Position numbers and translations under genes: made by a program. The notes beneath the pieces were generated by a model. The model saw only the letters and a list, made by a program, of their open reading frames with translations. It made no database searches and was not told the DNA's origin. Positions 29,504 to 40,814 of a DNA stretch of 64,000 nt are shown here, one piece after another. Location of the stretch: positions 333,025 through 397,024 of the forward strand of contig CAZRAM010000003.1 in the NCBI GenBank assembly GCA_964598145.1, read 5' to 3'. Each line of letters opens with the position of its first letter. The first letter of the stretch is position 1. Origin of the DNA: an uncultured Pseudomonadales bacterium (GTDB lineage Bacteria; Pseudomonadota; Gammaproteobacteria; Pseudomonadales; JAHEIH01).

Positions 29504-30348
29504 GCTGTTTTAATACCCAAGTTGTGCCAAAGCGTGCTCACGGGGTCGACAGAATTCATCGAATAAAAGTGTAGCCCAGGCGCGCCGCCAGCAAGTAAGT
29601 GCTCACACATCTGCGAAATGAAGTCCACACCAAAAGCTTGTAGCGAGGCATTGTCGTCGCCATAGGCGGACAACTTTTTATCCAGCCAACGTGGAATATC
29701 AGCACCGCAATTGGCAGAAAAACGCGCGATGTTGGCGTAGTTCAAAATAGGCATGATACCCGGATAAATGGGCTGGGTGATACCCTTCGCATGGCAGGCA
29801 TCTAAAAAGTAAAAATAGGCGTCGGGGTCAAAAAAGTACTGGGTGATTGCGCTATCGGCACCGGCCTCGAACTTGCCCTTTAAAAAATGGATGTCAGCGT
29901 CATAGCTCTCCGCTTCAGGGTGAATTTCTGGGTAGGCGGCGACCTCAATTTGAAAGTGATCACCTGTGTGTTGACGGATAAAGCGCACCAAGGCATCCGC
30001 GTGAACCAATTCGCGCTCGCCGTTCATGCCGCTGGGCAAGTCACCGCGCAGTGCTACGATGCGTTTGACGCCGGCCTGTTTGTATTCGTTGATGAGGGCC
30101 AAGATGGTGTCTTCACCGTCGCCACCGAAGGAGAGGTGAGGTGCGGTGTCGATACCGGCAGCCAGCATGCTTAATACCATGTCTTTGGTGGTTTCGCGGG
30201 TGGTGCCGCCAGCGCCGTAGGTGCATGAGAAAAAGGCAGGATTAAGTGCGTTGAGCTGCTTGACCGTGTTGGTCAGTTTGGCTTTTCCCTCGGGGGATCT
30301 TGGAGGGAAGATTTCTATACTAAATTGCTTGTCTGAGTAGTCCATCAC
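29473..30348 (-). CDS. metF: Methylenetetrahydrofolate reductase
   Basis: 291 aa with FSIEIFPPRS, FFSCTYGAGG, RIVALRGD, and GAPGLHFYSMN. Confidence 0.9.
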   Translation of the reverse strand: MMDYSDKQFSIEIFPPRSPEGKAKLTNTVKQLNALNPAFFSCTYGAGGTTRETTKDMVLSMLAAGIDTAPHLSFGGDGEDTILALINEYKQAGVKRIVALRGDLPSGMNGERELVHADALVRFIRQHTGDHFQIEVAAYPEIHPEAESYDADIHFLKGKFEAGADSAITQYFFDPDAYFYFLDACHAKGITQPIYPGIMPILNYANIARFSANCGADIPRWLDKKLSAYGDDNASLQAFGVDFISQMCEHLLAGGAPGLHFYSMNSVDPVSTLWHNLGIKTACGSADSTAA

Positions 30349-30355
30349 AGTATCT

Positions 30356-30382
30356 CAAAAGGCGGCAGCCAAGGGCTGCCGC
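30356..30382 (-). terminator. Terminator-like hairpin (possible attenuator) between ahcY and metF
   Basis: GCGGCAGCC-AAG-GGCTGCCGC is a perfect 9-bp stem at 30362-30382. On the minus strand it is followed by CUUUUG. The U-tract is short, so termination is probably partial. Confidence 0.4.
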
Positions 30383-30393
30383 GAAAAAGCCGC

Positions 30394-31803
30394 CTAGTAT
30401 TTATAGGCTTCTGGCTTGTAGGGGCCATCCACATTTACGTGGATATAGTCAGCTTGTTGCTTGGTCAGTCGTGTCAACACGCCACCGAAACCCTCGACCA
30501 TGTCCTTGGCCACTTCTTCGTCGAGTTTCTTGGGCAGAACCTTAACGTAGACATTGGCAGGCTTGTCAGCCGCAGGCAGGTCGGCGAATTTCGCCTCGTA
30601 CAGGTACATCTGTGCCAGTACTTGGTTGGCGAAAGAACCATCCATAATGCGCGAGGGGTGGCCAGTAGCGTTACCCAAGTTCACCAAGCGGCCCTCTGAT
30701 AACAGGATCAAGTGATCGTTGCTGGCTTTGTCGCGAATGACCTTGTGTACCTGGGGTTTGACTTCATCCCACTCCCAGTTGGCACGCATGTAGGCGGTGT
30801 CAATTTCGTTGTCGAAGTGGCCGATGTTACATACCACTGCGCCAGATTTAAGCGCTTGCAGCATGTTTTTGTCGCACACATTGACGTTACCGGTAGTGGT
30901 CACCACCAAGTCAGTCTTGCCCAACAGGTCTTTGTCGACGCACTCGAGCGTGCCGTTGTTTTCGCCGTTGATGTAGGGCGAGACCACTTCGAAGCCGTCC
31001 ATGCACGCTTGCATCGCACAGATGGGATCCACTTCGGTCACTTTGACGATCATGCCTTCTTGGCGCAGTGATGCCGCTGAGCCTTTGCCCACGTCACCGT
31101 AGCCAATGACCAGCGCTTTACGGCCCGCCAACAAGTTGTCGGTGCCGCGCTTGATGGCGTCGTTCAGCGAGTGTCGGCAACCGTATTTGTTGTCGTTCTT
31201 TGCTTTAGTAACCGCATCGTTTACGTTGATGGCGGGCACTTTCAAAGTACCAGCTTGAACCATTTCTAACAGACGGTGTACACCGGTGGTGGTTTCTTCA
31301 GAGATACCATGAATAGTGTCCAGCATGTGTGGGAATTTGTTGTGAACCATTTCGGTCAAATCGCCACCGTCGTCCAGAATCATGTTGGCATCCCAGATCG
31401 CATCGCTGTCTTTGCTAGCGCGAATGGTTTGCTCGATGCACCATAAGAACTCTTCCTCAGTCTCGCCTTTCCAGGCGAAGACAGGGATACCGGCTGCTGC
31501 AATCGCGGCGGCGGCGTGGTCTTGGGTAGAGAAAATGTTGCACGATGACCAGCGCACGTCGGCACCCAGTTCCACCAGTGTTTCAATCAACACGGCGGTT
31601 TGAATGGTCATGTGGATACAGCCCATGATCTTGGCACCAGCCAGGGGTTGGGCATCTTTGTACTTGCGACGCAGCGCCATCAGCGCGGGCATTTCGCCTT
31701 CGGCGATTTCAATTTCTTTGCGACCCCAGTCTGCCAGTTTGATGTCGGCGACTTTGTAGTCGGTGAAATTGTCTAAGTTAATAACTTCTGCTGTGTTGCT
31801 CAT
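30394..31803 (-). CDS. ahcY: Adenosylhomocysteinase
   Basis: 469 aa with DDGGD, an NAD-binding [17 protein letters not shown], and a C-terminal YKY. Its start overlaps the metK stop. Confidence 0.93.
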   Translation of the reverse strand: MSNTAEVINLDNFTDYKVADIKLADWGRKEIEIAEGEMPALMALRRKYKDAQPLAGAKIMGCIHMTIQTAVLIETLVELGADVRWSSCNIFSTQDHAAAAIAAAGIPVFAWKGETEEEFLWCIEQTIRASKDSDAIWDANMILDDGGDLTEMVHNKFPHMLDTIHGISEETTTGVHRLLEMVQAGTLKVPAINVNDAVTKAKNDNKYGCRHSLNDAIKRGTDNLLAGRKALVIGYGDVGKGSAASLRQEGMIVKVTEVDPICAMQACMDGFEVVSPYINGENNGTLECVDKDLLGKTDLVVTTTGNVNVCDKNMLQALKSGAVVCNIGHFDNEIDTAYMRANWEWDEVKPQVHKVIRDKASNDHLILLSEGRLVNLGNATGHPSRIMDGSFANQVLAQMYLYEAKFADLPAADKPANVYVKVLPKKLDEEVAKDMVEGFGGVLTRLTKQQADYIHVNVDGPYKPEAYKY

Positions 31804-32960
31804 AGTCCAGCCTCCGCTTTGATTTGGTCAACTTTGTCGGTTTTTTCCCAAGTGAAATTGGGCAGTTCGCGGCCGAAGTGGCCATACGCTGCTGTCGCTT
31901 GATAGATGGGGCGTTTCAAGTCCAGCATTTCAATAATGCCGCGCGGACGAAGATCGAATACGCGACGAACGATTTCTACGATGCGGTCGTCAGCAACGAC
32001 GCCAGTGCCAAAGGTATTGACCGAAATTGAAGTCGGCTCGGCCACGCCGATGGCGTACGATACTTGGATTTCACAGCGGTCAGCCAAGCCAGCCGCGACG
32101 ATGTTCTTCGCCACGTAACGACCCGCATAAGCCGCCGAACGGTCTACTTTTGAAGGATCTTTACCCGAGAAGGCACCGCCACCGTGGCGAGCCATGCCGC
32201 CATAGGTGTCCACGATAATTTTACGGCCGGTCAGGCCGCAGTCGCCCACTGGGCCACCAATGACGAAGTTGCCGGTGGGGTTGATGTGGTACTTGGTGCC
32301 ACTGTGCAACCATTCAGCGGGAATGACGGGCTTGATGATTTCTTCCATCACCGCTTCGCGCAAATCACTCAGGCTGATACTGGGGTCGTGTTGCGTCGAC
32401 AGCACGATGGCATCGACCGCGACGGGTTTGCCGTCGGCGTAGTGCATGGTGACCTGTGATTTAGCATCGGGGCGCAGCCAGGGCAGGGTGCCGGCCTTAC
32501 GAACTTCTGCTTGGCGCTCAACGAGACGGTGTGAATACTGAATCGGCGCAGGCATCAATACGCTGGTTTCGTTTGATGCGTATCCAAACATCAGGCCTTG
32601 GTCGCCGGCGCCGAGGTCTTTGTTGTCACCCTCGTCAACGCCCATCGCGATGTCTGCCGATTGCTTGCCAATAGCGTTCAATACCGCACAGCTGGCGCCG
32701 TCAAAACCGACGTCGGAACTGTTATAGCCAATGCCCAGCACAACATCGCGAATCAAGTCTTCTAAGTCGACATAGGTGTTGGTACGCACTTCGCCAGCCA
32801 CGATGACCATACCGGTTTTGACCATGGTCTCCACCGCCACGCGAGCGTTTTTATCATCCTTCAGGATGGCATCGAGCACGGCGTCAGAGATCTGATCCGC
32901 CATTTTATCGGGGTGGCCTTCCGAGACCGACTCCGAGGTAAAAACACTGTATTCTGACAT
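31800..32960 (-). CDS. metK: S-adenosylmethionine synthase
   Basis: 386 aa with [29 protein letters not shown], and [19 protein letters not shown]. Confidence 0.95.
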   Translation of the reverse strand: MSEYSVFTSESVSEGHPDKMADQISDAVLDAILKDDKNARVAVETMVKTGMVIVAGEVRTNTYVDLEDLIRDVVLGIGYNSSDVGFDGASCAVLNAIGKQSADIAMGVDEGDNKDLGAGDQGLMFGYASNETSVLMPAPIQYSHRLVERQAEVRKAGTLPWLRPDAKSQVTMHYADGKPVAVDAIVLSTQHDPSISLSDLREAVMEEIIKPVIPAEWLHSGTKYHINPTGNFVIGGPVGDCGLTGRKIIVDTYGGMARHGGGAFSGKDPSKVDRSAAYAGRYVAKNIVAAGLADRCEIQVSYAIGVAEPTSISVNTFGTGVVADDRIVEIVRRVFDLRPRGIIEMLDLKRPIYQATAAYGHFGRELPNFTWEKTDKVDQIKAEAGL

Positions 32961-33005
32961 GTAAAAATCCTCAAAAACCTGTTTGTGGCAGGTGTTATGT
33001 CGTGT

Positions 33006-33992
33006 TTATTGCAAAGACGTTGCTGGCTTATAAAAACAATGTAGTTGAATAGTGAAGCCATTGCGTTGTGCAAAATATGAACTATCGCGACGTTCCCAGC
33101 CGGCGTTGTCGGCCCACTGCAGAATATCGTCGCTATTTAGGCCCAACCAAAGGTCGCCGCACTCCTGCTGCGCCCACGTTTGGTCGTGCTCGCAGAGATC
33201 GGTGATAATCAACAAGCCGCCCTCGCTGGCGGCAGCAAAGGTGTCATCAAAGATCTGCTGCGGCGACGCCACGTGGTGCAACACCATGTTGATCACTTGG
33301 CAGTCGACCCCAACCACGTTGTTGCGCAGGGTGCGAGTATCGCCGTTGAGCCATTCGACATTGTCCAGCGCAGCATTGCTGGGTGCCGACTTGGCGAGGG
33401 CTAGCATGGTCTCGGAGCTGTCCAGTGCAACAACGCGGGTAAAGCGCGTGGCCAGTGACGGTAGAAATGCCCCTTCGCCGGGGCCAATTTCAACCGCGCA
33501 GCGCAGCCGCGGGCAGTGGCTATCGATCACGTGCAGCACTTCGTTGGTGTACAGCTCAACGCTGGCAATCTGTTCCTGGTGGCTTTGGAATTTACCGGCG
33601 TAATCTCGGAAAAATTGCTCAGAGCGCTCGGCGCGGGCGCGGTTGACATCGTCCAAACGGGCGGCGCACTCCCCGGGCAGTTCCAGTGCGTCCACCACTT
33701 GCCAAAGTGCGCGGTGCAAATTGACTAATAGGGGGTGGTTGGCCTGGGTGGCGCGGCGGTAAAAAATGCTGTTGCCTTCGCGGCGAGTGGTGACCAGACC
33801 TGCTTTGGCCAAAACCTTCAGGTGATGGCTCAAGCTTGGTTGTTTGGCATCGAAGATTTGGCACAGCTCAAGCACGCCAAACGAGTCGCGGCTGAGGGCA
33901 CGCAAAATTTGCAGGCGCAGCGATTCGCCACTGGCATGGCAGAGGGCGCTAAGCGTTTCAACGGCAAGTTGTGGACTGGTTTCAGCATTCAT
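33006..33992 (-). CDS. sahR: ArsR-family HTH fused to SAM-methyltransferase-like domain; SahR-type S-adenosylhomocysteine-responsive regulator (by architecture and context)
   Basis: 328 aa with an N-terminal ArsR wHTH (LRLQILRALSRDSFGVLELCQIFDAKQPSLSHHLKVLAKAGLV). The C-terminal Rossmann fold has motif I VEIGPGEGAF. It lies directly upstream and co-oriented with metK-ahcY-metF. Confidence 0.7.
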   Translation of the reverse strand: MNAETSPQLAVETLSALCHASGESLRLQILRALSRDSFGVLELCQIFDAKQPSLSHHLKVLAKAGLVTTRREGNSIFYRRATQANHPLLVNLHRALWQVVDALELPGECAARLDDVNRARAERSEQFFRDYAGKFQSHQEQIASVELYTNEVLHVIDSHCPRLRCAVEIGPGEGAFLPSLATRFTRVVALDSSETMLALAKSAPSNAALDNVEWLNGDTRTLRNNVVGVDCQVINMVLHHVASPQQIFDDTFAAASEGGLLIITDLCEHDQTWAQQECGDLWLGLNSDDILQWADNAGWERRDSSYFAQRNGFTIQLHCFYKPATSLQ

Positions 33993-34001
33993 GGGCGGGA
34001 G

Positions 34002-34024
34002 TATAGAGCAAAATTCGCTCTATA
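34002..34024. promoter_or_regulatory. Inverted repeat TATAGAGC-N7-GCTCTATA, candidate SahR autoregulatory operator
   Basis: Perfect 8-bp arms at 34002-34009 and 34017-34024, 10 nt upstream of the sahR ATG, inside the AT-rich sahR/tktA divergent region. Confidence 0.5.
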
Positions 34025-34155
34025 TCAAAATATTTCAATATAGTATGCAATATTTGTCTAAAAGATGTCCGTTATAGTCCCTTTTGATTTGATAAGGCGA
34101 GCTGACTAGGCGACAATATGGCCTCTTTTTAGCCCCTCTCGCCTAGGAGATATCA

Positions 34156-36153
34156 ATGCCTGCACGCAGTGATTTAGCCAATGCCATTCGCGCATTGAGC
34201 ATGGACGCCGTCCAGAAAGCAAAAAGTGGTCACCCCGGTGCCCCTATGGGTATGGCCGACATTGCCGAAGTGCTCTGGAACGACTACATGGTGCACAACC
34301 CCAGCAACCCCAATTGGGCCGATCGCGACCGCTTTGTACTGTCAAACGGCCACGGATCAATGCTGATTTATTCACTGTTGCACCTAACAGGCTACGATCT
34401 TGATATCAATGAGCTGAAAAACTTCCGCCAGCTGCATTCTAAAACCCCGGGTCACCCCGAATACGGCTATGCGCCCGGCGTTGAAACCACCACTGGCCCG
34501 CTCGGTCAGGGTATTACCAACGGCGTGGGTATGGCGCTGGCTGAAAAAATCATGGCGGCGCAATTCAACCGTCCCGGCCACGACATCGTTGACCACAACA
34601 CTTACGTGTTCCTCGGTGACGGCTGCTTGATGGAAGGTATTTCACACGAAGCGTGTTCACTGGCCGGCACTTTGGGCCTTGGTAAGTTGATCGCCTTCTA
34701 CGATGACAACGGCATTTCTATCGACGGCGAAGTGGAAGGTTGGTTCACCGACAATACCCCCGCGCGTTTCGAAGCCTACGGCTGGCACGTGATTCCCAAA
34801 GTGGACGGCCACAGCCCCGAGGCAATTATCGCCGCGGTTGAAGCCGCCCGTGCGGAGAGTGGCAAGCCTACCTTGATCTGCTGCCAGACCATCATCGGTA
34901 AGGGTTCGCCCAACAAACAAGGCAAAGAAGATTGCCACGGCGCGCCACTGGGCGACGACGAAATCGCACTAGTGCGCGAGACCATCGGTTGGCCCCACGC
35001 GCCTTTCGAAGTTCCTGCCGACATTTACGCTGGCTGGGATGCGAAGGCCAAAGGTGCAGCGGCAGAGCAAGCTTGGAACGAACGTTTCGCCGCATACCGC
35101 GCCGCCTACCCAGAATTGGCGGCAGAGTTTGAACGCCGTATGGCAGGCGATTTGCCTGAAGATTTCTCTACCAAAGCGATGGAATACGTGGTGGCTTGCC
35201 AAGAAAAAGGCGACGTCATCGCTACCCGTAAGGCGTCACAAAACACTATTACTGCCTACGCTAAATTGCTGCCTGAATTTCTCGGCGGTTCAGCGGACTT
35301 GGCTGGTTCAAACTTGACCATGTGGGGTGACTGCAAGCCAGTGACCGCTGACGACGCCAATGGCAACTACGTGTACTACGGCGTGCGTGAATTTGGTATG
35401 TCGGCCATCATGAACGGCATCGCTCTGCACGGTGGCTTGCTGCCTTTCGGCGCGACCTTCCTGATGTTTATGGAATACGCGCGCAACGCAGTGCGTATGT
35501 CGGCATTGATGAAAATTCGCAATATCTTTGTCTACACCCACGACTCGATTGGTCTGGGTGAAGACGGCCCGACTCACCAGCCCGTTGAGCAGACCGCGTC
35601 ATTGCGTTGTACCCCCAATTTGTCGACCTGGCGTCCCTGTGACACGGTCGAATCAGCGGTGGCTTGGAAGTACGCCATCGAGCGTCAGGATGGTCCTTCG
35701 GCGTTGATCTTCACCCGTCAAAACCTGCCTCACCAGCAGCGTTCGGTGCAGCAAGTGGCGGATATCGCGCGCGGCGCTTACATCCTTAGCGATTGCGACG
35801 GCGAACCCGAATTGATCTTAATTGCCACGGGCTCAGAAGTGGGTTTGGCGATGGATTCTGCCGCCGTATTGCGCGATAAAGGCCACAAGGTTCGCGTAGT
35901 GTCTATGCCTTCGGCCGATGTGTTCGACGCTCAAGATGCCGAGTACCGCCAAGCGGTATTACCGGTAGAAGTGGCTAGCCGCATCGCGATCGAGGCGGGT
36001 CACGAAAACTTCTGGTACAAGTATGTTGGCCTCGATGGCCGCGTTATCGGCATGACCACCTTCGGTGAATCGGCGCCAGCCGGCCAGTTGTTCGAAGAGT
36101 TTGGTTTCACCGTCGACAACGTGGTCGCGGTAGCGAGCGAGCTGCTGGATTAG
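34156..36153 (+). CDS. tktA: Transketolase
   Basis: 665 aa with [31 protein letters not shown], and [12 protein letters not shown]. Confidence 0.95.
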   Translation: MPARSDLANAIRALSMDAVQKAKSGHPGAPMGMADIAEVLWNDYMVHNPSNPNWADRDRFVLSNGHGSMLIYSLLHLTGYDLDINELKNFRQLHSKTPGHPEYGYAPGVETTTGPLGQGITNGVGMALAEKIMAAQFNRPGHDIVDHNTYVFLGDGCLMEGISHEACSLAGTLGLGKLIAFYDDNGISIDGEVEGWFTDNTPARFEAYGWHVIPKVDGHSPEAIIAAVEAARAESGKPTLICCQTIIGKGSPNKQGKEDCHGAPLGDDEIALVRETIGWPHAPFEVPADIYAGWDAKAKGAAAEQAWNERFAAYRAAYPELAAEFERRMAGDLPEDFSTKAMEYVVACQEKGDVIATRKASQNTITAYAKLLPEFLGGSADLAGSNLTMWGDCKPVTADDANGNYVYYGVREFGMSAIMNGIALHGGLLPFGATFLMFMEYARNAVRMSALMKIRNIFVYTHDSIGLGEDGPTHQPVEQTASLRCTPNLSTWRPCDTVESAVAWKYAIERQDGPSALIFTRQNLPHQQRSVQQVADIARGAYILSDCDGEPELILIATGSEVGLAMDSAAVLRDKGHKVRVVSMPSADVFDAQDAEYRQAVLPVEVASRIAIEAGHENFWYKYVGLDGRVIGMTTFGESAPAGQLFEEFGFTVDNVVAVASELLD

Positions 36154-37163
36154 TGGGCTATCGCATTGCGATAAACGGCTACGGTCGTATCGGTCGCTGC
36201 GTGTTGCGGGCGCTGCTTGAGGGTAGCGCTAGCGACATAGACGTAGTGGCGATCAATGAGCTGGGCGATGCTAACACCATCGTCCACCTCACTAAGTACG
36301 ATTCGACCCACGGGCGTTTGCCCTTGCCGGTTTCCCACCAAGGTGATGAATTATTGGTCGGTGATAAACGCATCAAACTTTTTCACCATGCTGACATCGC
36401 TGACTTGCCCTGGGGTGAGCTCGATATCGATTTAGTGATGGAGTGTACTGGCCAATTTAGCGACCGCGCCACGGCGCAAAAGCACTTAAGCCAGGGGGCG
36501 AAAAAGGTGCTGTTTTCACAGCCCGCCGACCCCGATGTCGATGCAACTGTGGTGTATGGGCTCAACCACCACGAGCTCAACAGCCAGCTCAAAATCGTGT
36601 CCAATGCCTCCTGTACCACTAATGCGTTATTACCGGTGATTCACGCCCTCGATGGCGAGCTAGGTATTTTGCGCGGCTGTATTACCACTGTGCACTCGGC
36701 AATGAACGACCAACCGGTGATCGACGCCTATCACCACACCGACCTTCGCAAGACGCGTGCCGCTAGCCAGTCGATCATTCCGGTCGATACCGAGTTGGCG
36801 CGTGGCATCGCGCGCATTTTGCCGGCCTTTGATGGCAAATTTGAAGCGCAGGCGATTCGCGTACCCACCACCAACGTGTCGCTGCTGGATTTGGCGCTAG
36901 ACGTTACCCGCGACACCAGTGCCAGTGAAGTGAACCAATTACTCAAAGCCGCCACCGCCAATTACTGCGGTGTGCTTGGCTATACTGATGAACCGCTAGC
37001 CTCGTGTGACTTTATCCACGACAGCCACTCCGCCATCGTCGATGCTGGTCAAACCCGCGTCGCCGACGGCCGTTTGATCAAACTGATTGTATGGTTCGAC
37101 AACGAGTGGGGCTTTGCCAATAGAATGATACAAACTGCCAGCCACTGGTTGGCAAGTCACTAA
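36153..37163 (+). CDS. epd: Erythrose-4-phosphate dehydrogenase (GAPDH family)
   Basis: 336 aa with INGYGRIGR and the active site [10 protein letters not shown]. The position tkt-epd-pgk-fba matches the Pseudomonas/E. coli arrangement. Epd versus Gap is inferred from synteny. Confidence 0.75.
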   Translation: MGYRIAINGYGRIGRCVLRALLEGSASDIDVVAINELGDANTIVHLTKYDSTHGRLPLPVSHQGDELLVGDKRIKLFHHADIADLPWGELDIDLVMECTGQFSDRATAQKHLSQGAKKVLFSQPADPDVDATVVYGLNHHELNSQLKIVSNASCTTNALLPVIHALDGELGILRGCITTVHSAMNDQPVIDAYHHTDLRKTRAASQSIIPVDTELARGIARILPAFDGKFEAQAIRVPTTNVSLLDLALDVTRDTSASEVNQLLKAATANYCGVLGYTDEPLASCDFIHDSHSAIVDAGQTRVADGRLIKLIVWFDNEWGFANRMIQTASHWLASH

Positions 37164-37176
37164 TAAGGAGATCTCC

Positions 37177-38337
37177 ATGTCCGTGATCAGAATGTCTGAT
37201 TTGGATTTAAACGGTAAGCGTGTATTGATCCGCGAAGACCTCAACGTGCCACTCAAAGATGGCGTTGTTACCAGTGATGCTCGTATTCGTGCGGCGCTGC
37301 CTACCATTCAGGCGGCCCTAGACGGCGGTGCTCGTGTGATCTTGATGTCGCACTTGGGTCGACCCACCGAAGGGGAGTTTGAGGCGCAATATTCACTGGC
37401 GCCGGTAGCGGCTCATTTAGGCAAGTTGCTGGGTATGCCCGTGCGCGTGGTGAAAGAATGGCAAGCCGGTGTCGACGTCGCTGAGGGCGAAATCGTCATG
37501 CTGGAAAACGTCCGTTTCAATGTCGGCGAAAAGAAAGACGCCGAAGATCTGGCCAAAGCGTATGCGGCGCTGTGCGATATCTTCGTGATGGATGCTTTCG
37601 GTACCGCCCACCGCGCCCAAGCGTCGACCCACGGCGTGGCTAAGTTCGCCCCCGTTGCCTGCGCCGGCCCACTGTTGTCAGGTGAGCTCGATGCCCTTGC
37701 AAAAGCGTTGGCAGAACCCGAGCGCCCTGTGGTGGCGATTGTCGGTGGCTCTAAAGTATCAACCAAACTGGAAGTGCTCGAGAAACTGTCTGAGGTCTGC
37801 GATCAGTTGATCGTAGGTGGCGGTATCGCCAACACCTTTATGGCGGCGAGCGGCTTAGCGGTGGGTAAATCGTTGTATGAACCCGATTTAATTCCGCAAG
37901 CCAAGGCGCTGATGGAAAAGACGCGCATCCCTATTCCTGTGGATGTGGTGGTAGGTAAAAATTTCGCGGAAGACGAACCCGCCATCTTCAAGTACGCAGA
38001 TGAAGTCCAAGACGATGAGATGATTTTTGATATTGGCCCCGGCACCGCTAACGAAATGGCGGACATTCTGCAAAGCGCCAAGACCATTTTGTGGAACGGC
38101 CCCGTCGGTGTATTTGAATTTGAACAGTTCAGCACTGGCACCCGTGCCATTAGTGAGGCGATTGCAGATAGCACCGGCTTTTCACTGGCCGGCGGTGGCG
38201 ACACCTTAGCGGCGATCGACAAATTTAACATTGCCGACAAGGTATCCTATATTTCTACAGGTGGCGGTGCCTTCCTCGAGTACGTCGAGGGTAAAACACT
38301 GCCTGCAGTAGCGATTTTGGAAGCGCGAGCTAAATAA
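37177..38337 (+). CDS. pgk: Phosphoglycerate kinase
   Basis: 386 aa with [24 protein letters not shown], and GGGDT. Confidence 0.95.
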   Translation: MSVIRMSDLDLNGKRVLIREDLNVPLKDGVVTSDARIRAALPTIQAALDGGARVILMSHLGRPTEGEFEAQYSLAPVAAHLGKLLGMPVRVVKEWQAGVDVAEGEIVMLENVRFNVGEKKDAEDLAKAYAALCDIFVMDAFGTAHRAQASTHGVAKFAPVACAGPLLSGELDALAKALAEPERPVVAIVGGSKVSTKLEVLEKLSEVCDQLIVGGGIANTFMAASGLAVGKSLYEPDLIPQAKALMEKTRIPIPVDVVVGKNFAEDEPAIFKYADEVQDDEMIFDIGPGTANEMADILQSAKTILWNGPVGVFEFEQFSTGTRAISEAIADSTGFSLAGGGDTLAAIDKFNIADKVSYISTGGGAFLEYVEGKTLPAVAILEARAK

Positions 38338-38497
38338 AACAACAACAGCCGCGCTAATTTTCACGGAGACCAAAAATGAAGGAGATCCTCAAAACAAAAG
38401 ACTAGCTCAACCCCTTTAGTTCAAGAGTGGGCACCTGCACAGTGCCTTTGAATTCAACGACAACTGCACATTGTCGCGCTGTAATAAAGAGGATGTT

Positions 38498-39547
38498 ATG
38501 GCACTTATTACCCTTAGGCAGCTATTGGACCACGCTGCCGAATACGGCTATGGGATTCCGGCGTTCAACGTCAATAACCTAGAGCAAACCCGCGCTATTA
38601 TGGAGGCCGCTCGCGCCACCAATAGCCCTGTTATCATGCAAGCGTCTGCGGGCGCCCGTAAATACGCCGGGGCGCCGTTTCTGCGCCACATGATCCTGGC
38701 GGCCATCGAAGAGTTCCCCGAAATCCCCGTCTGCATGCACCAAGACCACGGCACCAGCCCGGCGGTTTGTCAGCGCTCGATTCAATTGGGTTTCTCATCG
38801 GTGATGATGGATGGCTCGCTGATGGAGGATGGCAAAACACCCTCTAGCTACGAGTACAACGTCGACGTTACGCGCCGCACCGTTGAGATGTCGCACGCCT
38901 GTGGCGTGTCGGTAGAGGGCGAATTGGGTTGTCTGGGCTCGCTTGAAACAGGCGAAGCCGGTGAAGAGGATGGCGTAGGCGCAGCGGGTAAGTTGAGCCA
39001 CGATCAAATGCTCACCGACCCCGATGAAGCGGCCGATTTTGTCGCCAAAACTGGCGTTGATGCCTTGGCGATTGCCTGTGGCACATCCCACGGCGCCTAC
39101 AAATTCACCCGCCCGCCCACCGGCGACATACTGGCGATTGATCGCATCCGCGAGATCCACGCCAAGATCCCCAACACCCATCTAGTCATGCACGGTTCTA
39201 GTTCGGTGCCGCAGGACTGGCTGGCGATCATCAACGAGTTCGGGGGTGAGATTCCAGAGACCTACGGTGTGCCGGTGGAGCAGATCTGCGAAGGCATCAA
39301 GCACGGCGTGCGCAAAGTGAATATCGATACTGATCTTCGCCTGGCGTCTACCGGCACAATTCGCCGCTTTATGGCGCAGAACCCCGCCGAATTTGACCCG
39401 CGCAAGTACCTGGGTAAAACCGTTGAAGCCATGCGCGATATTTGTATTGCCCGCTACGAAGCCTTTGGCACCGCTGGCCACGCCAGCAAGATCGTGCCGA
39501 TAGGTCTAGAACAAATGGCGACCAACTACAGCAACGGCAGCTACTAA
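38498..39547 (+). CDS. fba: Class II fructose-bisphosphate aldolase
   Basis: The ORF track gives 38471..39547. The ATG at 38498 gives [30 protein letters not shown], with HQDHG, SVMMDGS, and HGSSSVP. Confidence 0.92.
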   Translation: MALITLRQLLDHAAEYGYGIPAFNVNNLEQTRAIMEAARATNSPVIMQASAGARKYAGAPFLRHMILAAIEEFPEIPVCMHQDHGTSPAVCQRSIQLGFSSVMMDGSLMEDGKTPSSYEYNVDVTRRTVEMSHACGVSVEGELGCLGSLETGEAGEEDGVGAAGKLSHDQMLTDPDEAADFVAKTGVDALAIACGTSHGAYKFTRPPTGDILAIDRIREIHAKIPNTHLVMHGSSSVPQDWLAIINEFGGEIPETYGVPVEQICEGIKHGVRKVNIDTDLRLASTGTIRRFMAQNPAEFDPRKYLGKTVEAMRDICIARYEAFGTAGHASKIVPIGLEQMATNYSNGSY

Positions 39548-40480
39548 ATGCAGGCCACGCGAGCTCATTGGCACGAGCTCGCCGAGCTTTTGCCCGACAT
39601 TACCAGCGACGAGGCAACTGCCTCGCTCGGTGGTCTCGACCAATACTACACCCATTACCAATTACCCAATCGGCAACGCTATGCCCACCGCATGGGTCGT
39701 ATTAGCGTCGAGGATTGGCGAATTGTTTGCCAAACCTGGACGCCCGCAGATCCGCGCGGCACGCTGTGCATTGTTCACGGTCTCTACGACCATACCGGCG
39801 TATACAAAAAAATTATCGACTACGCCTTGGCGGCTAATTGGCGGGTGTGCATTTTTGACCTGCCGGGGCATGGCCTTAGCAGTGGCCGGCAAGCGTCGAT
39901 AAAGACCTTCGACAGCTACCTACAGGTACTTGATGCCGCCGTGGCGGCGTTTAAAACCTTGTATGGCGATGATCTCATCGCGCTGGGGCAGAGCACCGGT
40001 GGCGGAATTTTGATGCGCCATTGCCTACAGAATCCCGTTTGCCATTTCCGCAAAGTGGTGTTGATATCGCCCTTGCTGCGTGCGGCGAAGTGGAATGTAG
40101 TGATTTTCATGCACGGCATGTTGCGCTGGTGGAATAACCGCATCAAGCGAAGTTTTTCCGCTTCTTCTCACGACCAGGCTTTCGTCGATTTTCTCGCCAA
40201 TAGTGACCCACTACAGAGCCGCTACCTGTATTTTGATTGGGTGGCAGCGATGTTCAATGCCGAATCCGAATTTCATGTCGCCAACCTGAGCGATGTTGAA
40301 ATCCACATGATTCAGGGCACGGGCGACAACACCGTGGACTGGCGTTATAACGTGAAGTACATCCCGCTGAAGTTTCCGCAGATGCGCCTTTATATGATTG
40401 AGGGTGCTGGGCACCAGCTAGTTAATGAAGCCCCGCCCTATATCACTCAGCTTTTCAGTCGCCTCGACGACATTCTATAG
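39548..40480 (+). CDS. Alpha/beta hydrolase (lysophospholipase/monoacylglycerol-lipase-like)
   Basis: 310 aa with HGLYDHTGVY, nucleophile elbow GQSTGG, and a late GDNTVD...GAGH. Its ATG directly abuts the fba stop (TAAATG). Confidence 0.7.
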   Translation: MQATRAHWHELAELLPDITSDEATASLGGLDQYYTHYQLPNRQRYAHRMGRISVEDWRIVCQTWTPADPRGTLCIVHGLYDHTGVYKKIIDYALAANWRVCIFDLPGHGLSSGRQASIKTFDSYLQVLDAAVAAFKTLYGDDLIALGQSTGGGILMRHCLQNPVCHFRKVVLISPLLRAAKWNVVIFMHGMLRWWNNRIKRSFSASSHDQAFVDFLANSDPLQSRYLYFDWVAAMFNAESEFHVANLSDVEIHMIQGTGDNTVDWRYNVKYIPLKFPQMRLYMIEGAGHQLVNEAPPYITQLFSRLDDIL

Positions 40481-40553
40481 CGTGATTGGCGGAGGTCGAC
40501 TTTGTCATCGCCAAAGATTCGCTTATGATTAGCCCTTAAAACAAGGAGTGCTT

Positions 40554-40814
40554 ATGAACGTTTTTAAAATCATGTTGACCGGTGTGATCTGCTTAAGCCT
40601 GATGGCCTGTGTTAACCAAGCCAAGTTGCGTAAAGAACGTGAATTAGCGGGCGCCGATGACGGCAAAATTTGTCGTATGGAACAGGTTGCCGGTAAGCTC
40701 ATTCGCGAACGAATTTGCTACACACCCGAACAGCTTGAAAGGATTCGCGAAGCATCACAAAATGCCAAAGATAGCATGGACCGTCGAGGCGCTATAGCTA
40801 CTCCCCAGGGTTAA
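40554..40814 (+). CDS. Small lipoprotein with conserved two-Cys motif
   Basis: AAGGAG at 40543-40548 lies 5 nt before ATG 40554. Signal peptide MNVFKIMLTGVICLSLMAC has lipobox LMAC. The mature part contains KICRMEQVAGKLIRERICYTPEQLERI. Its stop overlaps the next ATG (TAATG). Confidence 0.7.
   Translation: MNVFKIMLTGVICLSLMACVNQAKLRKERELAGADDGKICRMEQVAGKLIRERICYTPEQLERIREASQNAKDSMDRRGAIATPQG

Noticed and set aside
32977-32993. Hairpin ACCTG-N7-CAGGT followed by T-run on the minus strand, between sahR and metK, as a terminator.
   Set aside because: The stem is only 5 bp with low predicted stability, so evidence is insufficient to split the operon.
30349-33005. SAH or SAM riboswitch upstream of ahcY or metK.
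   Set aside because: metK and ahcY overlap. The gaps before metK (45 nt) and before metF (45 nt) are too short for these riboswitches, and I could not see their conserved cores. Regulation is more plausibly protein-based through the SahR-type gene.
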